DNA from: a virus
Lineage: Duplodnaviria > Caudoviricetes
Length of the DNA stretch: 63,505 nt
Virus record (IMG/VR): IMGVR_UViG_3300036791_000918
Span: 1-63,505 of that record
Strand: one strand, 5' to 3'
A program made the position numbers and the translations under genes. Position 1 is the first letter of the stretch. Each line of letters opens with the position of its first letter. Below, piece after piece: positions 17,045 through 27,543 of this stretch. The notes beneath the pieces are model-generated. The model made no database searches, had not been told where the DNA came from, and was given only the letters and a program-made list of their open reading frames with translations.

Positions 17045-17506
17045 ATGAGCAGCAATCTCCCGGCGACGACCCAGTTCATGGACCTGACGGCCGATCCCGC
17101 TTCATTAGGCTGGCCGCCGTCTCTCCCGTTCGATCTCGCGCTCGCGCAGCAGCCGGTTCGGGAAATCTGCGCCGCCTACGGCATCGAGAGGCGCGAGTAC
17201 GATCGCCTGCGCGACGACCCGGCGTTCCGCCGTGCGTGTGAAGAGGCCCTGGAAACCCTCAAGGAGGAAGGCGCCTCGTTCAAGCTCAAGGCGCGCGCAC
17301 AGAGCGAGGAGTTGCTGAAGACATCCTGGGCGCTTATACACAAGCCCCTCAACGAGGTGTCCGCGTCGGTCAAGGCGCAGCTCATCATGTTCACGGTGAG
17401 ATGCGCCGGACTGGATGCGTCGGTCGAGCAGAAGGCGCGCGCACAAGCTACCGCCCAGGCCGCGGCGCTCACCGCGCTCACGATCAATCTCCATCTTGGG
17501 GATTAA
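17045..17506 (+). CDS. terS: terminase small subunit (putative)
   Basis: HTH-like N-terminus, C-terminal LTINLHLG, first gene of the virion arm. Confidence 0.65.
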   Translation: MSSNLPATTQFMDLTADPASLGWPPSLPFDLALAQQPVREICAAYGIERREYDRLRDDPAFRRACEEALETLKEEGASFKLKARAQSEELLKTSWALIHKPLNEVSASVKAQLIMFTVRCAGLDASVEQKARAQATAQAAALTALTINLHLGD

Positions 17507-17536
17507 GGGGATTGATGAGGATTAAGAGCATTTGCA

Positions 17537-17791
17537 ATGAACCCAACGCTTCCCGAGGAGGCAGGTCAGACTGCGCGTTCGTTCATCGACGCGATGAAGA
17601 CCCAGCCCGCGCTGCTGGCGATGATCTTCACCAACATCGGCATGCTGGTGTTCATCTTCTATGCCTTGCACGCCGCGGCGACGTTCCGTGAAAGCCTGGT
17701 GAACCGTGTGCTTGCGAACGCCCAGGCGATTCATCAGAACACCGCTGCGCTGCAAGAGCGTTCGGTTGCTTGTCCTCCGTCTGGCAAATAA
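17537..17791 (+). CDS. small single-TM membrane protein
   Basis: Hydrophobic stretch PALLAMIFTNIGMLVFIFYAL. Confidence 0.6.
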   Translation: MNPTLPEEAGQTARSFIDAMKTQPALLAMIFTNIGMLVFIFYALHAAATFRESLVNRVLANAQAIHQNTAALQERSVACPPSGK

Positions 17792-17856
17792 CGAGCCATA
17801 ATTGCCAGGAAGCATCGCACTGTAATAAGGTTTGACCCAGCACAGGAGTGCTGGAA

Positions 17857-19782
17857 ATGGCTGATACCCCCGACAAGCCTGCGAGCAAAGCCGTAGGCAG
17901 TCCCGTCGAGTACAAGGTCGTCGACAGTCCGTTCTCCCCCAGTGAGCCCACTACGACTGAGGCGCTGCTGACCGAGGTAGGCGCGGACGGCTGGATGCTG
18001 TCCACCGTCTATCCGGACCCGATCCGCGAAAGAACCCGCTGGGTTTTTTCGAACGTCACCGCCGGTGGCAGCAGCGGTGGCGGGATCGGAGAAGCGCCAG
18101 TAGACGGAGAGACCTATGGACGACAAGACGCTTCCTGGATCGCCCTCACCAGCGGCCAGGGAACAGCCGGACCTCCCGGTCCGGCCGGCCCTGCCGGCCC
18201 ACCCGGAGTGGCGGGAGATAGTGGTCCCGTGGGGCCAGAAGGCCCCCAAGGTAGTCCAGGGCAGGATGGTCCTCCCGGCCCGGCGGGACCCGCAGGACCT
18301 GCAGGCCAGCCCGGTGATGCCGGAGTTCCCGGAGTGCCCGGTGTACCTGGTGAAGTGGGCCCGGCCGGCGCAGACGGAGCCCAAGGTCCGCCCGGCCCGG
18401 CCGGAGCGGCCGGCGCGGACGGTGCACCCGGCCCGGCCGGACTTCCAGGCCCGCAAGGCGATGCGGGAGCCGATGGCCCCCCTGGCCCCGTTGGCCCCGC
18501 GGGCCCATCGGGCGATGCCGGAGCAGTCGGTCCGCCCGGCACACCGGGTCCTGCCGGTCCCATCGGCCCTGCAGGAGAAGTCGGCCCAGGAGGCGCTGCA
18601 GGACCAGCTGGCCCAGCTGGCCAGGATGGTGCCCCCGGACCGCCTGGACCAGATGGTCCAGCTGGTCCAGCGGGCCCGAGCACGGTAGGTCCGCAAGGCC
18701 CTCAGGGCGTAGCAGGACCTGCCGGTCCAGCAGGAACGGACGGCGCACCCGGTGCGACCTGCATCATCATGGGGGCGTTCACCAACAACGACCCCAGCAC
18801 ATTACCTGCCAACGGTTACATCCCGCAGGACTGGGACTCACCTGGTAACCCGCCCAACGGCGATCAGCTGGTGCGTGGCCAGGGCATGCTCTACGAGGTC
18901 ACGCAGGACGTCTACCTCTGGGTCGGCGACACCATGGCGCCGTCCGGCTGGGTCAAGCTGGGCGCGGTCGCCGGACCACCCGGACCTGCCGGCGCAGTCG
19001 GGCCACAGGGCCCCGCGGGCGCGCAGGGCGCAGCTGGTCCGCAAGGTGCACCCGGCACTCCCGGCAACGACGGCGCGGCCGGCCCTCCTGGGTCGCAGGG
19101 AACACAAGGCCCGGTGGGAGATCAGGGTCCCCCTGGTCCTACGGGACCAGCGGGTCCCGAAGGACCCACCGGCGCCACCGGGGCCCAGGGGCCGCAAGGC
19201 ATTCTCGGCGCGCCCGGCGCGCAGGGGCCACAGGGTCCTGCCGGCGCGCAAGGCGCGCAAGGTCCGGCGGGTCCGTCCGCGGTGTCGACCAACACTGGCA
19301 ACCAGGCAGTCCTGGGCACCGACCACCTGATCTTCGTCCCGACCGACACAAGTCGTGCACCAGTCAAGGGGATAACGGACGGGTCCAACGCCGCGGCCGG
19401 CAATGTCGGCGAGGTGATCTCGGCATCCGTTACCACGGCTGTAAACCTCGCCGCTAACACGCCAGCCAACATCGGGTCGATCACGCTGACGCCGGGCGAC
19501 TGGGTGGTGGCGGGCAACGTCAACTTCGTCAGCCCGGCGACGGCCGGAACCCGCTACGCGGTGGCGGTCAGTCCGACCAGCGCCACGCTGCCTACGGCAG
19601 CGCAGCTTGCCGCCGGCACGGGAACACTCACCGACATGTCGTTGACATTCGGCAAGGCGGCGCAGAACTTCAACGCCAGCCTGTGCCGGTTCAACGTCAC
19701 GGCTAACACGACGGTCTATCTGGTGGCGCTCGGCCCGGCGACGAGCGCGACCGGTTATATTTCCGCTAGAAGGGTCAGATAA
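17857..19782 (+). CDS. collagen-like fibre protein
   Basis: Two long Gly-X-Y tracts separated by a small globular domain; C-terminal domain ending GYISARRVR; AGGAG RBS favours ATG 17857. Confidence 0.9.
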   Translation: MADTPDKPASKAVGSPVEYKVVDSPFSPSEPTTTEALLTEVGADGWMLSTVYPDPIRERTRWVFSNVTAGGSSGGGIGEAPVDGETYGRQDASWIALTSGQGTAGPPGPAGPAGPPGVAGDSGPVGPEGPQGSPGQDGPPGPAGPAGPAGQPGDAGVPGVPGVPGEVGPAGADGAQGPPGPAGAAGADGAPGPAGLPGPQGDAGADGPPGPVGPAGPSGDAGAVGPPGTPGPAGPIGPAGEVGPGGAAGPAGPAGQDGAPGPPGPDGPAGPAGPSTVGPQGPQGVAGPAGPAGTDGAPGATCIIMGAFTNNDPSTLPANGYIPQDWDSPGNPPNGDQLVRGQGMLYEVTQDVYLWVGDTMAPSGWVKLGAVAGPPGPAGAVGPQGPAGAQGAAGPQGAPGTPGNDGAAGPPGSQGTQGPVGDQGPPGPTGPAGPEGPTGATGAQGPQGILGAPGAQGPQGPAGAQGAQGPAGPSAVSTNTGNQAVLGTDHLIFVPTDTSRAPVKGITDGSNAAAGNVGEVISASVTTAVNLAANTPANIGSITLTPGDWVVAGNVNFVSPATAGTRYAVAVSPTSATLPTAAQLAAGTGTLTDMSLTFGKAAQNFNASLCRFNVTANTTVYLVALGPATSATGYISARRVR

Positions 19783-19789
19783 GGGTACG

Positions 19790-19984
19790 ATGACCTATGC
19801 GCCTATCATCTTCGAGCATCCGGACTACGGCACGCTCGTCGTAATCCAGATGGTCGACGATGAGAGCTGCCTGACCGACGACATCGAGCGCGCGATGTTC
19901 GTGCTGTGTCCGATGTTCGACGGCGGCATGCTGACCGCGTGCGCATCGGAAGGAAGACTCACGCAAATCAAGAGGCTTCACTGA
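19790..19984 (+). CDS. hypothetical protein
   Basis: Coupled ORF. Confidence 0.5.
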   Translation: MTYAPIIFEHPDYGTLVVIQMVDDESCLTDDIERAMFVLCPMFDGGMLTACASEGRLTQIKRLH

Positions 19985-20169
19985 TGCCCAGCGAGAGCAA
20001 GAAGCAGAAAGTGGCCATGCAAATCGCCAAGGCGGGCAAATCCAACATTGGCATTCCGCAGAGTGTCGGTGCGGACTTTGTCGCGGCCGACAAGAAAAAG
20101 AGCAAGGCCCAGCTCGCCGCGCTTCCGCTGCGCAAGGGCGCACCAACACCTACGACAAAGAAAGGATGA
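19984..20169 (+). CDS. small basic protein MPSESKKQ...GIPQSVGADFVAADK
   Basis: TGATG coupling; a pattern I recall upstream of terminases in podophages. Confidence 0.6.
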   Translation: MPSESKKQKVAMQIAKAGKSNIGIPQSVGADFVAADKKKSKAQLAALPLRKGAPTPTTKKG

Positions 20170-20173
20170 TCCC

Positions 20174-20383
20174 ATGGCACCGAAGAGTCCTAAGGTCCCG
20201 ACCGCGACCACCGGAGAAGACAACAACTACTGTCCGCAAGGCGGCGAGTACGACCCTTGTTACTCTGGTGATCTCGACGAGTTCGACAAGGAGTTCGAGG
20301 AGCGCGATGCCAAGGTAGATGCCACGAGAGAAGAGTTTGCTCACCAGGACAAACCCAACAAGCCCGAAGCCTGGGATAAATGA
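20174..20383 (+). CDS. small acidic protein
   Basis: AAAGGA RBS, ATGA-coupled to terL. Confidence 0.55.
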   Translation: MAPKSPKVPTATTGEDNNYCPQGGEYDPCYSGDLDEFDKEFEERDAKVDATREEFAHQDKPNKPEAWDK

Positions 20384-21933
20384 CAATCTTAGATTACAAA
20401 CCAGCGCCCACCATAAAGGCTTTCATCAAGGACTGCCGTCAGCAGGCGCTCTTCTACACTTGGATCGTCGGGCCCGTGGGCTCCGCCAAGACGACGGCGC
20501 TGTTCTTCAAGCTGATCTACATGGCGATGAAGCAGCAGCCGTCCCCGGACGGCATCCGCCGGACCAAGGCTGTGATTGTTCGTAATACTCTTCCCATGCT
20601 CAAGGACACCACGCTCGCGAGCTGGGAGTACTGGTTCAAGGACGGCGTCGCCGGCCAGTGGAGCGCCACAGATAAAATATTCGTCCTCCGCTATGGGGAC
20701 GTAGAGTGCACCGTCCTCTTCCGTCCATTGGACACGCCAGATGACGTACGTCGTGTTCTCTCCCTTGAAATCAACTTTGCCATTATCGACGAGTTCGTGG
20801 AAATCCCCAAGGCGATCGTCGACGCGCTCAGCGCCCGGCTCGGGCGCTACCGTCAGCCTGACGGTACCCCGGTTACGATCTGGGGGATGTGGGGGTCATC
20901 CAACCCCGGCACCGAAGATGTGTGGTGGCACGACTACTTACACGGACCGGCCGTGCGGCGGTACAAGCGCCCGCCGGGCACCGTCGTGCCCACGGTGGTC
21001 CCCGATAGTATCGGTGATGTCGCCACCTGGATAGCCCCCGCCGGTGCTCCGGCGACGCTGGAGCCGATCGCTTCTTACTACCACCAACCCGGAGGTTTGA
21101 GCCCCGATGCCGAGAACCTGGAGAACCTCCCCGGCGGCAAGCAGTACTATCTTGATGCCATTGCCGGCAAAGGCGAGACCTGGGTCAGGCAGTTCGTCGA
21201 CGCCGAGTGGGGATTTTCGATTGCCGGCAAGGCAGTGGTGTCAGGCTTCCGCGCCGACCTCCATGTTGCTCTGCCCAACACTCTACAACCTAATCCATAT
21301 TTTCCTCTTGTGGTCGGTTTAGACCCGGGAATAACCGGCTCGGCCATGATCATAGGCCAGCAGGACTACGATGGTCGCATAAGGGTTTTCGCCGAGTTGG
21401 TCCAGCAGGGCATGGGCGCGGAGCGCCTCGTCCAGGAAAGACTCCAGCCGCTCCTCCGCAACCGGTTCCCGCAGGCCCAGCGTGTCATCGTTGCGGCCGA
21501 TCCAGCGGCGTCGAGCCGGACCCAGACCGACGAGCGCACCGTCGTCAAAATTTTCAAGCAGCACTATGATGTCGATGTGGAGACCAACAACCGGCTGCCG
21601 CTGCGGCTGGATGCCATCGACCATTACACCAACACCCTGGTCGAAGGGCGTCCTGCCTTGCAGGTTGACCCTTCATGTCAGATGCTGATCCGCGCGCTCA
21701 AGGGTGGCTGGCGCTACGCCGCCGATCTTAAGCGCGAGACGCTCCGCGGCCACGACCCTGAGAAGAATGTCTACTCTCATCCAGGGGATGCTTTCGGGTA
21801 TCTTTGTAGGTTCTTCCATCGTGACCGCCAGCGCGAGACGCGCTATCGTCTCCCGATCGGCAGTCTTGCGGCCCGGCGCCAGGGCGCGCCGTGGCTGCAG
21901 CAGTCAGAACGCACCAGCTACCATGTAAGATAA
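20380..21933 (+). CDS. terL: terminase large subunit
   Basis: Walker A-like GPVGSAKT, Walker B IIDE, SSNP coupling motif, RNase H-like GLDPG, SHPGDAFGY. Confidence 0.93.
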   Translation: MTILDYKPAPTIKAFIKDCRQQALFYTWIVGPVGSAKTTALFFKLIYMAMKQQPSPDGIRRTKAVIVRNTLPMLKDTTLASWEYWFKDGVAGQWSATDKIFVLRYGDVECTVLFRPLDTPDDVRRVLSLEINFAIIDEFVEIPKAIVDALSARLGRYRQPDGTPVTIWGMWGSSNPGTEDVWWHDYLHGPAVRRYKRPPGTVVPTVVPDSIGDVATWIAPAGAPATLEPIASYYHQPGGLSPDAENLENLPGGKQYYLDAIAGKGETWVRQFVDAEWGFSIAGKAVVSGFRADLHVALPNTLQPNPYFPLVVGLDPGITGSAMIIGQQDYDGRIRVFAELVQQGMGAERLVQERLQPLLRNRFPQAQRVIVAADPAASSRTQTDERTVVKIFKQHYDVDVETNNRLPLRLDAIDHYTNTLVEGRPALQVDPSCQMLIRALKGGWRYAADLKRETLRGHDPEKNVYSHPGDAFGYLCRFFHRDRQRETRYRLPIGSLAARRQGAPWLQQSERTSYHVR

Positions 21934-21953
21934 CTTGCGATGAGTGAGGTAGG

Positions 21954-24497
21954 ATGCCGATCGAGACCTCGGGCATACCGCTGAACACAGCGAAAGCGTA
22001 CCCTGACCCGGCTCTCCAGCCGCCGGCACTCGACATCCCTACGCCCGCACCTGCCAAAAATGCGTCTGAGCCCGTAGCCGCGACCCCTCCGATCAAGAAA
22101 ATTTCTGCTCAGGCGCTCACGACCCTGGGCCAGTATTTCAACAAGCTGTTCATGCAATATGTCAGTGATAGAAGGATCGTCGAGCTTAGATGGCTGGCGA
22201 ATCAGCGCCAGTATCTTGGCCTCTACGATCCTGAGGTCGAGAAGAGCTTCAACCCCAACCGATCCAAAGCGTACCCCAAGATTACGAGAACAAAGTGCAT
22301 TAGCGTACTAGCACGAATCATGAACCTGATGTTCCAGGGCAACGAACGCAACTGGGAAATCCATGCTTCGCCGTGGCCGGACATCACCGTGCAGGAGGTT
22401 CGGGAGGCGATCCAGCTAGCTCAGGAGAAAGACCAGCTGGCGGGTGTGCCGACACCTGATCCATCCGATTCGTTTGCCTTTAACGGCTACGTGATGACGG
22501 CGCTTGAGCGTTATTCGGATTTGCGTGCTGATAAACTCTCGACACTCATCGACGATCAGCTTCAGGAGCTGGGTGGGCACCAAGCTCTGGATTACGTTGC
22601 GCTCAACCGCGCAGTGCTTCGTTCTGGGATACTATACGGCATGGGCGTCTTGCGCGGTCCGTTCGTGCGCAAGTCGGAGACCGTGACGTGGAAGGTGTTG
22701 AAGCCTCCGCCGGGGTTACCCCCGATATTATCCCCAGCCCAACCTGGGCTACCTGGTCCGCCTAATCCGCCGGGATTGCCCCCAACGAGGACGCCGGGCG
22801 CAGGGTTACCCACAGCGGGTAAAATGAACGGCGGGACGCCCCCGCAAATGAACGGCGGTGCGCCGCCGCCTGCACCGATGCCGATCGTCAAACCGATCAA
22901 GCAGACAGTCTTCAAACCTTATTTTGAGTTTCTCCCTGTGTGGGACTTCTACCCTGATCTTAGCGCTAAAACCCTGACAGGTATGGACGGCTATTTTGTG
23001 CGCCTCGTCATGAGCCGTACGCAGGTGAAGGAGCTTGGTGATCGTCCTGATTTTTTCCAGGACGTCATCGACTCCTATCTCCAGCGATACCCCGTAGGTA
23101 ATTACCGCGCGCAGCAGTTCGAGGTCGAGCTGCGAGCGATGGGCGTCAAGGTCAACGTCAATGAGATGAAGACCGAGACGATGAAGTACGAGATCATGGT
23201 GTGGCATGGTTCGGTCGACGGTATGCTGCTTCAGTCGGTCGGCGTCGAGGTGCCGGCGAACAAGCTTTCTGATTACATTGACGCGGAAATCTGGATGCTC
23301 GATGCCAACGTCATCGGCGCACGTCTCAATCCTTGGGAAGAACTTGCCAAGGAAATGCCTACGGTACCGATACCGCGGATGATCCATACGTTCTTGTTTG
23401 ATGAGGACGACACGAGCCCAGTTGGTTTCGGACTTCCTCAGGCAATCCGTGATAGTCAGATGATGGTCGCTGCCGCAACGCGCATGCTGCTCGATAACGC
23501 GAGCGTCGTGTGCGGGCCTAACCTCGAACTCAACACCGATCTTTTGCGTCTCGATCAGGATTTACAAGCGATCGGCGCGTACAAAATTTGGTACCGTGAG
23601 GGCTCCGGACCCGAAGCGCAGTGGCCCGCGGTGCGCAATGTTCAGATTGATGCGCACCTCGATAGCCTTCTCAAAATTGTCGAGCTTGGTTTGAAGTTCG
23701 CGGATAGTGAAACGTTCGTCGGCCCGGCGACTGGTGGCGACATGGAGAAAGCTCCAGCTGAGCCGCTGCGCACGGCGGCAGGCGCGAGCATGCTGCGTGG
23801 CGATCAGGCACTCCCCTTTAAGGACGTCATTCGCTCATTTGACACTTTCACGCAAAGCGTCATCAACGCGATGGTGCTGTTCAACAGAGTATTCAATCCG
23901 GCCCAGGCGCCTGATGGCGACTACGATGTTGTTGCCCGCGGCGCGACCAGCCTCATGGCTAAGGAATTAAGGGGCATGCAAGCGGACTCGCTTGTGCAGA
24001 CTTTGAAGCCTGAGCAGATGATTCACGTCGACGAGCGTAAGCTCACCGAAGCTCAGATCAAGGCCAGGGATATGGACGACATTCTGGTGACCGAGGACGA
24101 AGCATCACGTCGTCAGCAGTCTGCAGCCCAATCTCAGCAAGAGCAGCAAGAACAACAGAACAAGCTCATGGAGGCCAACCTCCGCAAGGTGCTGTCCGAT
24201 GCGTTCAAGAACATCGCTCAGGGTCAGAAAAACACCGCCAATGCTGATGCGCAGCTTGTGGATACGGCACTGAATATTCTAGAGAAAGGAATGCAGGATG
24301 AGCTTGCAGGACCAACTGCCGCTGGAGCCCCAACCCCAGCCCCAACTCCAGTTCCCCAAGGTGCGCCTCCAGGAGGCGGACTTGCTGCGGCGCTTGCATC
24401 AGGCGCGCTCGGTCCAGGAGCTGGTGGTCCTGCGCCAGCTCCTCCAGGTCCGCCTGGACCTGTGCCGGAACAAGCTGGTCAAGGCATCCCTCAATGA
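21954..24497 (+). CDS. portal protein
   Basis: Follows terL; WDFYPD, GFGLPQAIRDSQ, RTAAGASML motifs; Pro-rich insertion and tail. Confidence 0.88.
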   Translation: MPIETSGIPLNTAKAYPDPALQPPALDIPTPAPAKNASEPVAATPPIKKISAQALTTLGQYFNKLFMQYVSDRRIVELRWLANQRQYLGLYDPEVEKSFNPNRSKAYPKITRTKCISVLARIMNLMFQGNERNWEIHASPWPDITVQEVREAIQLAQEKDQLAGVPTPDPSDSFAFNGYVMTALERYSDLRADKLSTLIDDQLQELGGHQALDYVALNRAVLRSGILYGMGVLRGPFVRKSETVTWKVLKPPPGLPPILSPAQPGLPGPPNPPGLPPTRTPGAGLPTAGKMNGGTPPQMNGGAPPPAPMPIVKPIKQTVFKPYFEFLPVWDFYPDLSAKTLTGMDGYFVRLVMSRTQVKELGDRPDFFQDVIDSYLQRYPVGNYRAQQFEVELRAMGVKVNVNEMKTETMKYEIMVWHGSVDGMLLQSVGVEVPANKLSDYIDAEIWMLDANVIGARLNPWEELAKEMPTVPIPRMIHTFLFDEDDTSPVGFGLPQAIRDSQMMVAAATRMLLDNASVVCGPNLELNTDLLRLDQDLQAIGAYKIWYREGSGPEAQWPAVRNVQIDAHLDSLLKIVELGLKFADSETFVGPATGGDMEKAPAEPLRTAAGASMLRGDQALPFKDVIRSFDTFTQSVINAMVLFNRVFNPAQAPDGDYDVVARGATSLMAKELRGMQADSLVQTLKPEQMIHVDERKLTEAQIKARDMDDILVTEDEASRRQQSAAQSQQEQQEQQNKLMEANLRKVLSDAFKNIAQGQKNTANADAQLVDTALNILEKGMQDELAGPTAAGAPTPAPTPVPQGAPPGGGLAAALASGALGPGAGGPAPAPPGPPGPVPEQAGQGIPQ

Positions 24498-24579
24498 TGT
24501 ACCGTTATTGCAGGGCGAGGCACGCGCACTGGAGAAGCTTTCGAACGATCTATCTGGTGAACGTGCATCACCTGAGTAG
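24298..24579 (+). CDS. small helical protein overlapping the portal 3' end
   Basis: AAGGA RBS 7 nt upstream; amphipathic helices ending LQGEARALEKL. Confidence 0.6.
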   Translation: MSLQDQLPLEPQPQPQLQFPKVRLQEADLLRRLHQARSVQELVVLRQLLQVRLDLCRNKLVKASLNDVPLLQGEARALEKLSNDLSGERASPE

Positions 24580-24589
24580 GAGATAATCC

Positions 24590-25597
24590 ATGGCACGTGC
24601 TCCACGCGCCGCGGCGGCGCCCGCCGAACAGGCACCTCCAGCTCCTGCGGCAACAGCGCCTGCACTCGCACCTGCACCGGCTCCTGCGCCAGAAGCTCCG
24701 GTAACCGTTCAATCGGTACCTGACCCGTTCGATTTGGCATTCGCCGAAGCTGCAGCTGCTGAAGCAGACCCGACGTCGACCTCGCCGGCTTCCGCTGCCA
24801 ATCTCAAGAAGCCGCCCGAGGCGGCACCGAAACCTGCCGAATCACCTGCAGCAGCTGCACCTCAGCCGCCCGAGTCGCAGCCCGCACAGCCGCCCGCGCC
24901 TGCGCCGGCTGAGCCCCTGGCGCCGGAGCCCGCACCTGCGCCCGTACCGCAACCGCAGCCCGCGCCTACACCGCAGCCGCAACCCCCACCGCAGCCACAG
25001 CCGCAACCGCAGCCAACGGCGTATCAGGAGCCACCTCTCTTCAACGCGGATGAGGTGACCCAGCTGCAGCAATTTTATACTGATTGGCCAGATGTTGCCC
25101 GGGCCACCGAAACGATGGTCAAGGGCATCATGCAGCAGACTGTGCGGCGCATGTACGCGGATATGGCTGCGTCGCTGTCGCCTTACTTGCACACCGTCGA
25201 CACCCTGGCGGACCGATCGCAGCTGTCTGAGCTGCAGGGGCAGGTTACCGACTACGACACCGTTGCGACCCAGCTGACTTCCTGGGCCAGGAATCAACCT
25301 GCATATTTGCGCTCAGCTTATGAGCATGTTATCAAATCCGGAACGGCGGCTGAGGTCGTCGACCTTATCAACCGGTACAAGCAGGACATGCAGTCCACCA
25401 CGCCAGCGCAAGCAGGTCAGCCGGCACCGGCCGCACCTGCTGCTGCCCCGGCGTCGACTCCAGCACCGGCACCCGTGAATCCTGCATTGGCAGCTGCAGC
25501 CGCGCGCCTTGCGCCGGTGAGTACCAAGCGTACTAACGTGGTCGCAGCTCCAGTAGACTTTGACAGTGCTTTTGCTGAATTCGCTCGTGCGTCCTAG
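24590..25597 (+). CDS. capsid scaffolding protein (putative)
   Basis: Precedes the capsid gene; P/A-rich linkers, FDxAFAE at both ends. Confidence 0.75.
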   Translation: MARAPRAAAAPAEQAPPAPAATAPALAPAPAPAPEAPVTVQSVPDPFDLAFAEAAAAEADPTSTSPASAANLKKPPEAAPKPAESPAAAAPQPPESQPAQPPAPAPAEPLAPEPAPAPVPQPQPAPTPQPQPPPQPQPQPQPTAYQEPPLFNADEVTQLQQFYTDWPDVARATETMVKGIMQQTVRRMYADMAASLSPYLHTVDTLADRSQLSELQGQVTDYDTVATQLTSWARNQPAYLRSAYEHVIKSGTAAEVVDLINRYKQDMQSTTPAQAGQPAPAAPAAAPASTPAPAPVNPALAAAAARLAPVSTKRTNVVAAPVDFDSAFAEFARAS

Positions 25598-25620
25598 CAA
25601 GTTAAGCCAGGAGTAGCTCC

Positions 25621-26688
25621 ATGCCCGCAGTTACCAGTTATGGCGACATCAGCCCGGCAGTAGCCGCTTATTCAGTCGTGCGGATGCTTAAGCGGGCGAT
25701 GCCCTATCTGCACATCGAGAAGTTCGGCCAGACTTATCCACTGCCGACCAACTCGACGCAGACCGCCAAGTTTCGGCGTTACTTTCTACAGGGTGCGACT
25801 GGTGCGGCAGGTCCGAACGGCGGAGGCACCAACGGCGCCGGGCAACCGTTCTTCATCCCGCTGGCGCTGACGCCACTGGTTGAGGGCGTGACACCCGCGG
25901 GCTCCATGCTGGCGAACCAGGACTATACGGTACAACTCTACCAGTATGGCGATTACATCACGATTACTGACGTAATCGAGGACACCCACACCGATCCGGT
26001 GCTGCAGCAATCAACTGATATACTTGGTGAGCAGGCAGCAGTGACGGTGGAGACTCTACGGTTCAACGTACTCAAGGCGGGCACTAACGTCTGGTACGCG
26101 GGCCTGGTTGCGGGGCGAGCGAACGTTGCCACTGTCATCAGTCTGACTGACCAGCGCCGGGTGTCGACAGGGCTCAATCGGCAGAATTCCAAGAAGATTT
26201 CTCAGGTCGTGGCGTCTAATCCGGACTTCCAAACGAAGTCGGTGGAAGCCGCGTACTTTGCTCTCGTTCATCCCGATCTGGAGACCGACATCCGCACTAT
26301 GGTCGGTTTTGTGCCGGTGGCGAGCTACGGGCCACATACCTCGCCGTTCGAGGGCGAGATCGGCTCGGTCGAGCAATGCCGCTACCTGAGTTCGACAGTG
26401 ATCTCACCATTCATCAATGCAGGCGCCGCGACCAGCGGTGCGACCACGTTCCGTTCGACCAACGGTGTCAATTGGGATGTGTATCCCATCCTGTATTTTG
26501 GTCGTGACGCTTTCGGTCTGGTGCCGCTCAAGGGCAAGTCTTCGATGACGCCCATGGTGGTCAACCCCAAGCCGGCAGCTGGCGATCCTCTGGGGCAGCG
26601 CGGAACCTGCGGTTGGAAGCTCTATACTGGCACCGTGATCCTGCAGGATGCGTTCATGGCTCGTATGGAGGTCGTCGCCACGGCGTAA
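25621..26688 (+). CDS. major capsid protein, N4-gp56 family
   Basis: YGDISP, EKFGQ..PLP.NST..AKFRRY, LVEGVTP, QYGD, DPLGQRGTCGWK. Confidence 0.92.
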   Translation: MPAVTSYGDISPAVAAYSVVRMLKRAMPYLHIEKFGQTYPLPTNSTQTAKFRRYFLQGATGAAGPNGGGTNGAGQPFFIPLALTPLVEGVTPAGSMLANQDYTVQLYQYGDYITITDVIEDTHTDPVLQQSTDILGEQAAVTVETLRFNVLKAGTNVWYAGLVAGRANVATVISLTDQRRVSTGLNRQNSKKISQVVASNPDFQTKSVEAAYFALVHPDLETDIRTMVGFVPVASYGPHTSPFEGEIGSVEQCRYLSSTVISPFINAGAATSGATTFRSTNGVNWDVYPILYFGRDAFGLVPLKGKSSMTPMVVNPKPAAGDPLGQRGTCGWKLYTGTVILQDAFMARMEVVATA

Positions 26689-26717
26689 TTCGAGATCGAG
26701 GTAAGAGGAGATTTCAA

Positions 26718-27119
26718 GTGGCCAACCAGCATCCTGCACAGCACGAGCAGCACAAGGCTGATCCCGCACATCCCGCACAGCAAACTGCGCCTCCTCCTCC
26801 GCAGCAGATGGAGGTGGGAGGCACTGGAACTGCGAAGGTGAGCTTCACGGATGTGAATGGCGCCGATGTGCCGCTTATATCTTCCACATGGACATCTTCA
26901 GGTCCTGTGACGGTAACGCCGGTCGATACGGACCCGACGAGTGCTACGCTGGAAGCGACTGCTCCTGGACGTGGATCGGTCACAGCCACTGTGATGACTG
27001 AGGCTGGCGCACAGGCATCGGCGGCGGTCGAAGTCATGGTGATCGAGACGGGCACACCTTCCGAAGGTACGATCACTCTTTCGGTTCAACCGGCTAAGGC
27101 CAAGGCGAAGGCGGCATAG
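26718..27119 (+). CDS. Ig-like virion decoration protein (putative)
   Basis: GAGGAG RBS before GTG 26718; beta-rich WTSS...ATL...VTATV. Confidence 0.6.
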   Translation: MANQHPAQHEQHKADPAHPAQQTAPPPPQQMEVGGTGTAKVSFTDVNGADVPLISSTWTSSGPVTVTPVDTDPTSATLEATAPGRGSVTATVMTEAGAQASAAVEVMVIETGTPSEGTITLSVQPAKAKAKAA

Positions 27120-27136
27120 CATCGTAGGAGTTCTCC

Positions 27137-27523
27137 ATGCCCACCCAGATCATTGATACCTCGCTGCATGCTGCCGCGATCCCGGCAACTTATACCGGGC
27201 CGGGTAACTTGGTCGGCAACGCGGTGAATTCGCAGGGGAAAGATGTCTACGGCTTCTTCACATCGGCCGGCAACGCGGTGCAAATCAACGTTGGGTTCCA
27301 ACCGCTGTGGGTTGACGTCACTGATGTCGCCGGGGTGCTGCTATGGTCTTGGACACTCGGCATGCCGGCGACGAACAGTATCAAGACGGCAACCGGTGCC
27401 ACGACGATCGACACTGCCAGCGGCATCACGGTTGCCACCGACTTGGCTGGCAACGGCACAGTGACTCTCTCGGCGACGGTGGTCGGTAGCGGTAAGACTA
27501 TTTGTTACCACGTTCAGGGTTGA
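27137..27523 (+). CDS. virion structural protein (capsid decoration candidate)
   Basis: AGGAG RBS; INVGFQP motif; position after capsid. Confidence 0.6.
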   Translation: MPTQIIDTSLHAAAIPATYTGPGNLVGNAVNSQGKDVYGFFTSAGNAVQINVGFQPLWVDVTDVAGVLLWSWTLGMPATNSIKTATGATTIDTASGITVATDLAGNGTVTLSATVVGSGKTICYHVQG

Positions 27524-27543
27524 TCTGTGTGGGGGTCTGACGC

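Noticed and set aside
17734-19523. Long antisense and alternate-frame ORFs over the collagen gene (likewise 33725..34870, 47501..48730, 48935..49846, 50047..50391)
   Set aside because: Shadows of GC-rich or repetitive coding sequence with no RBS or domain signal
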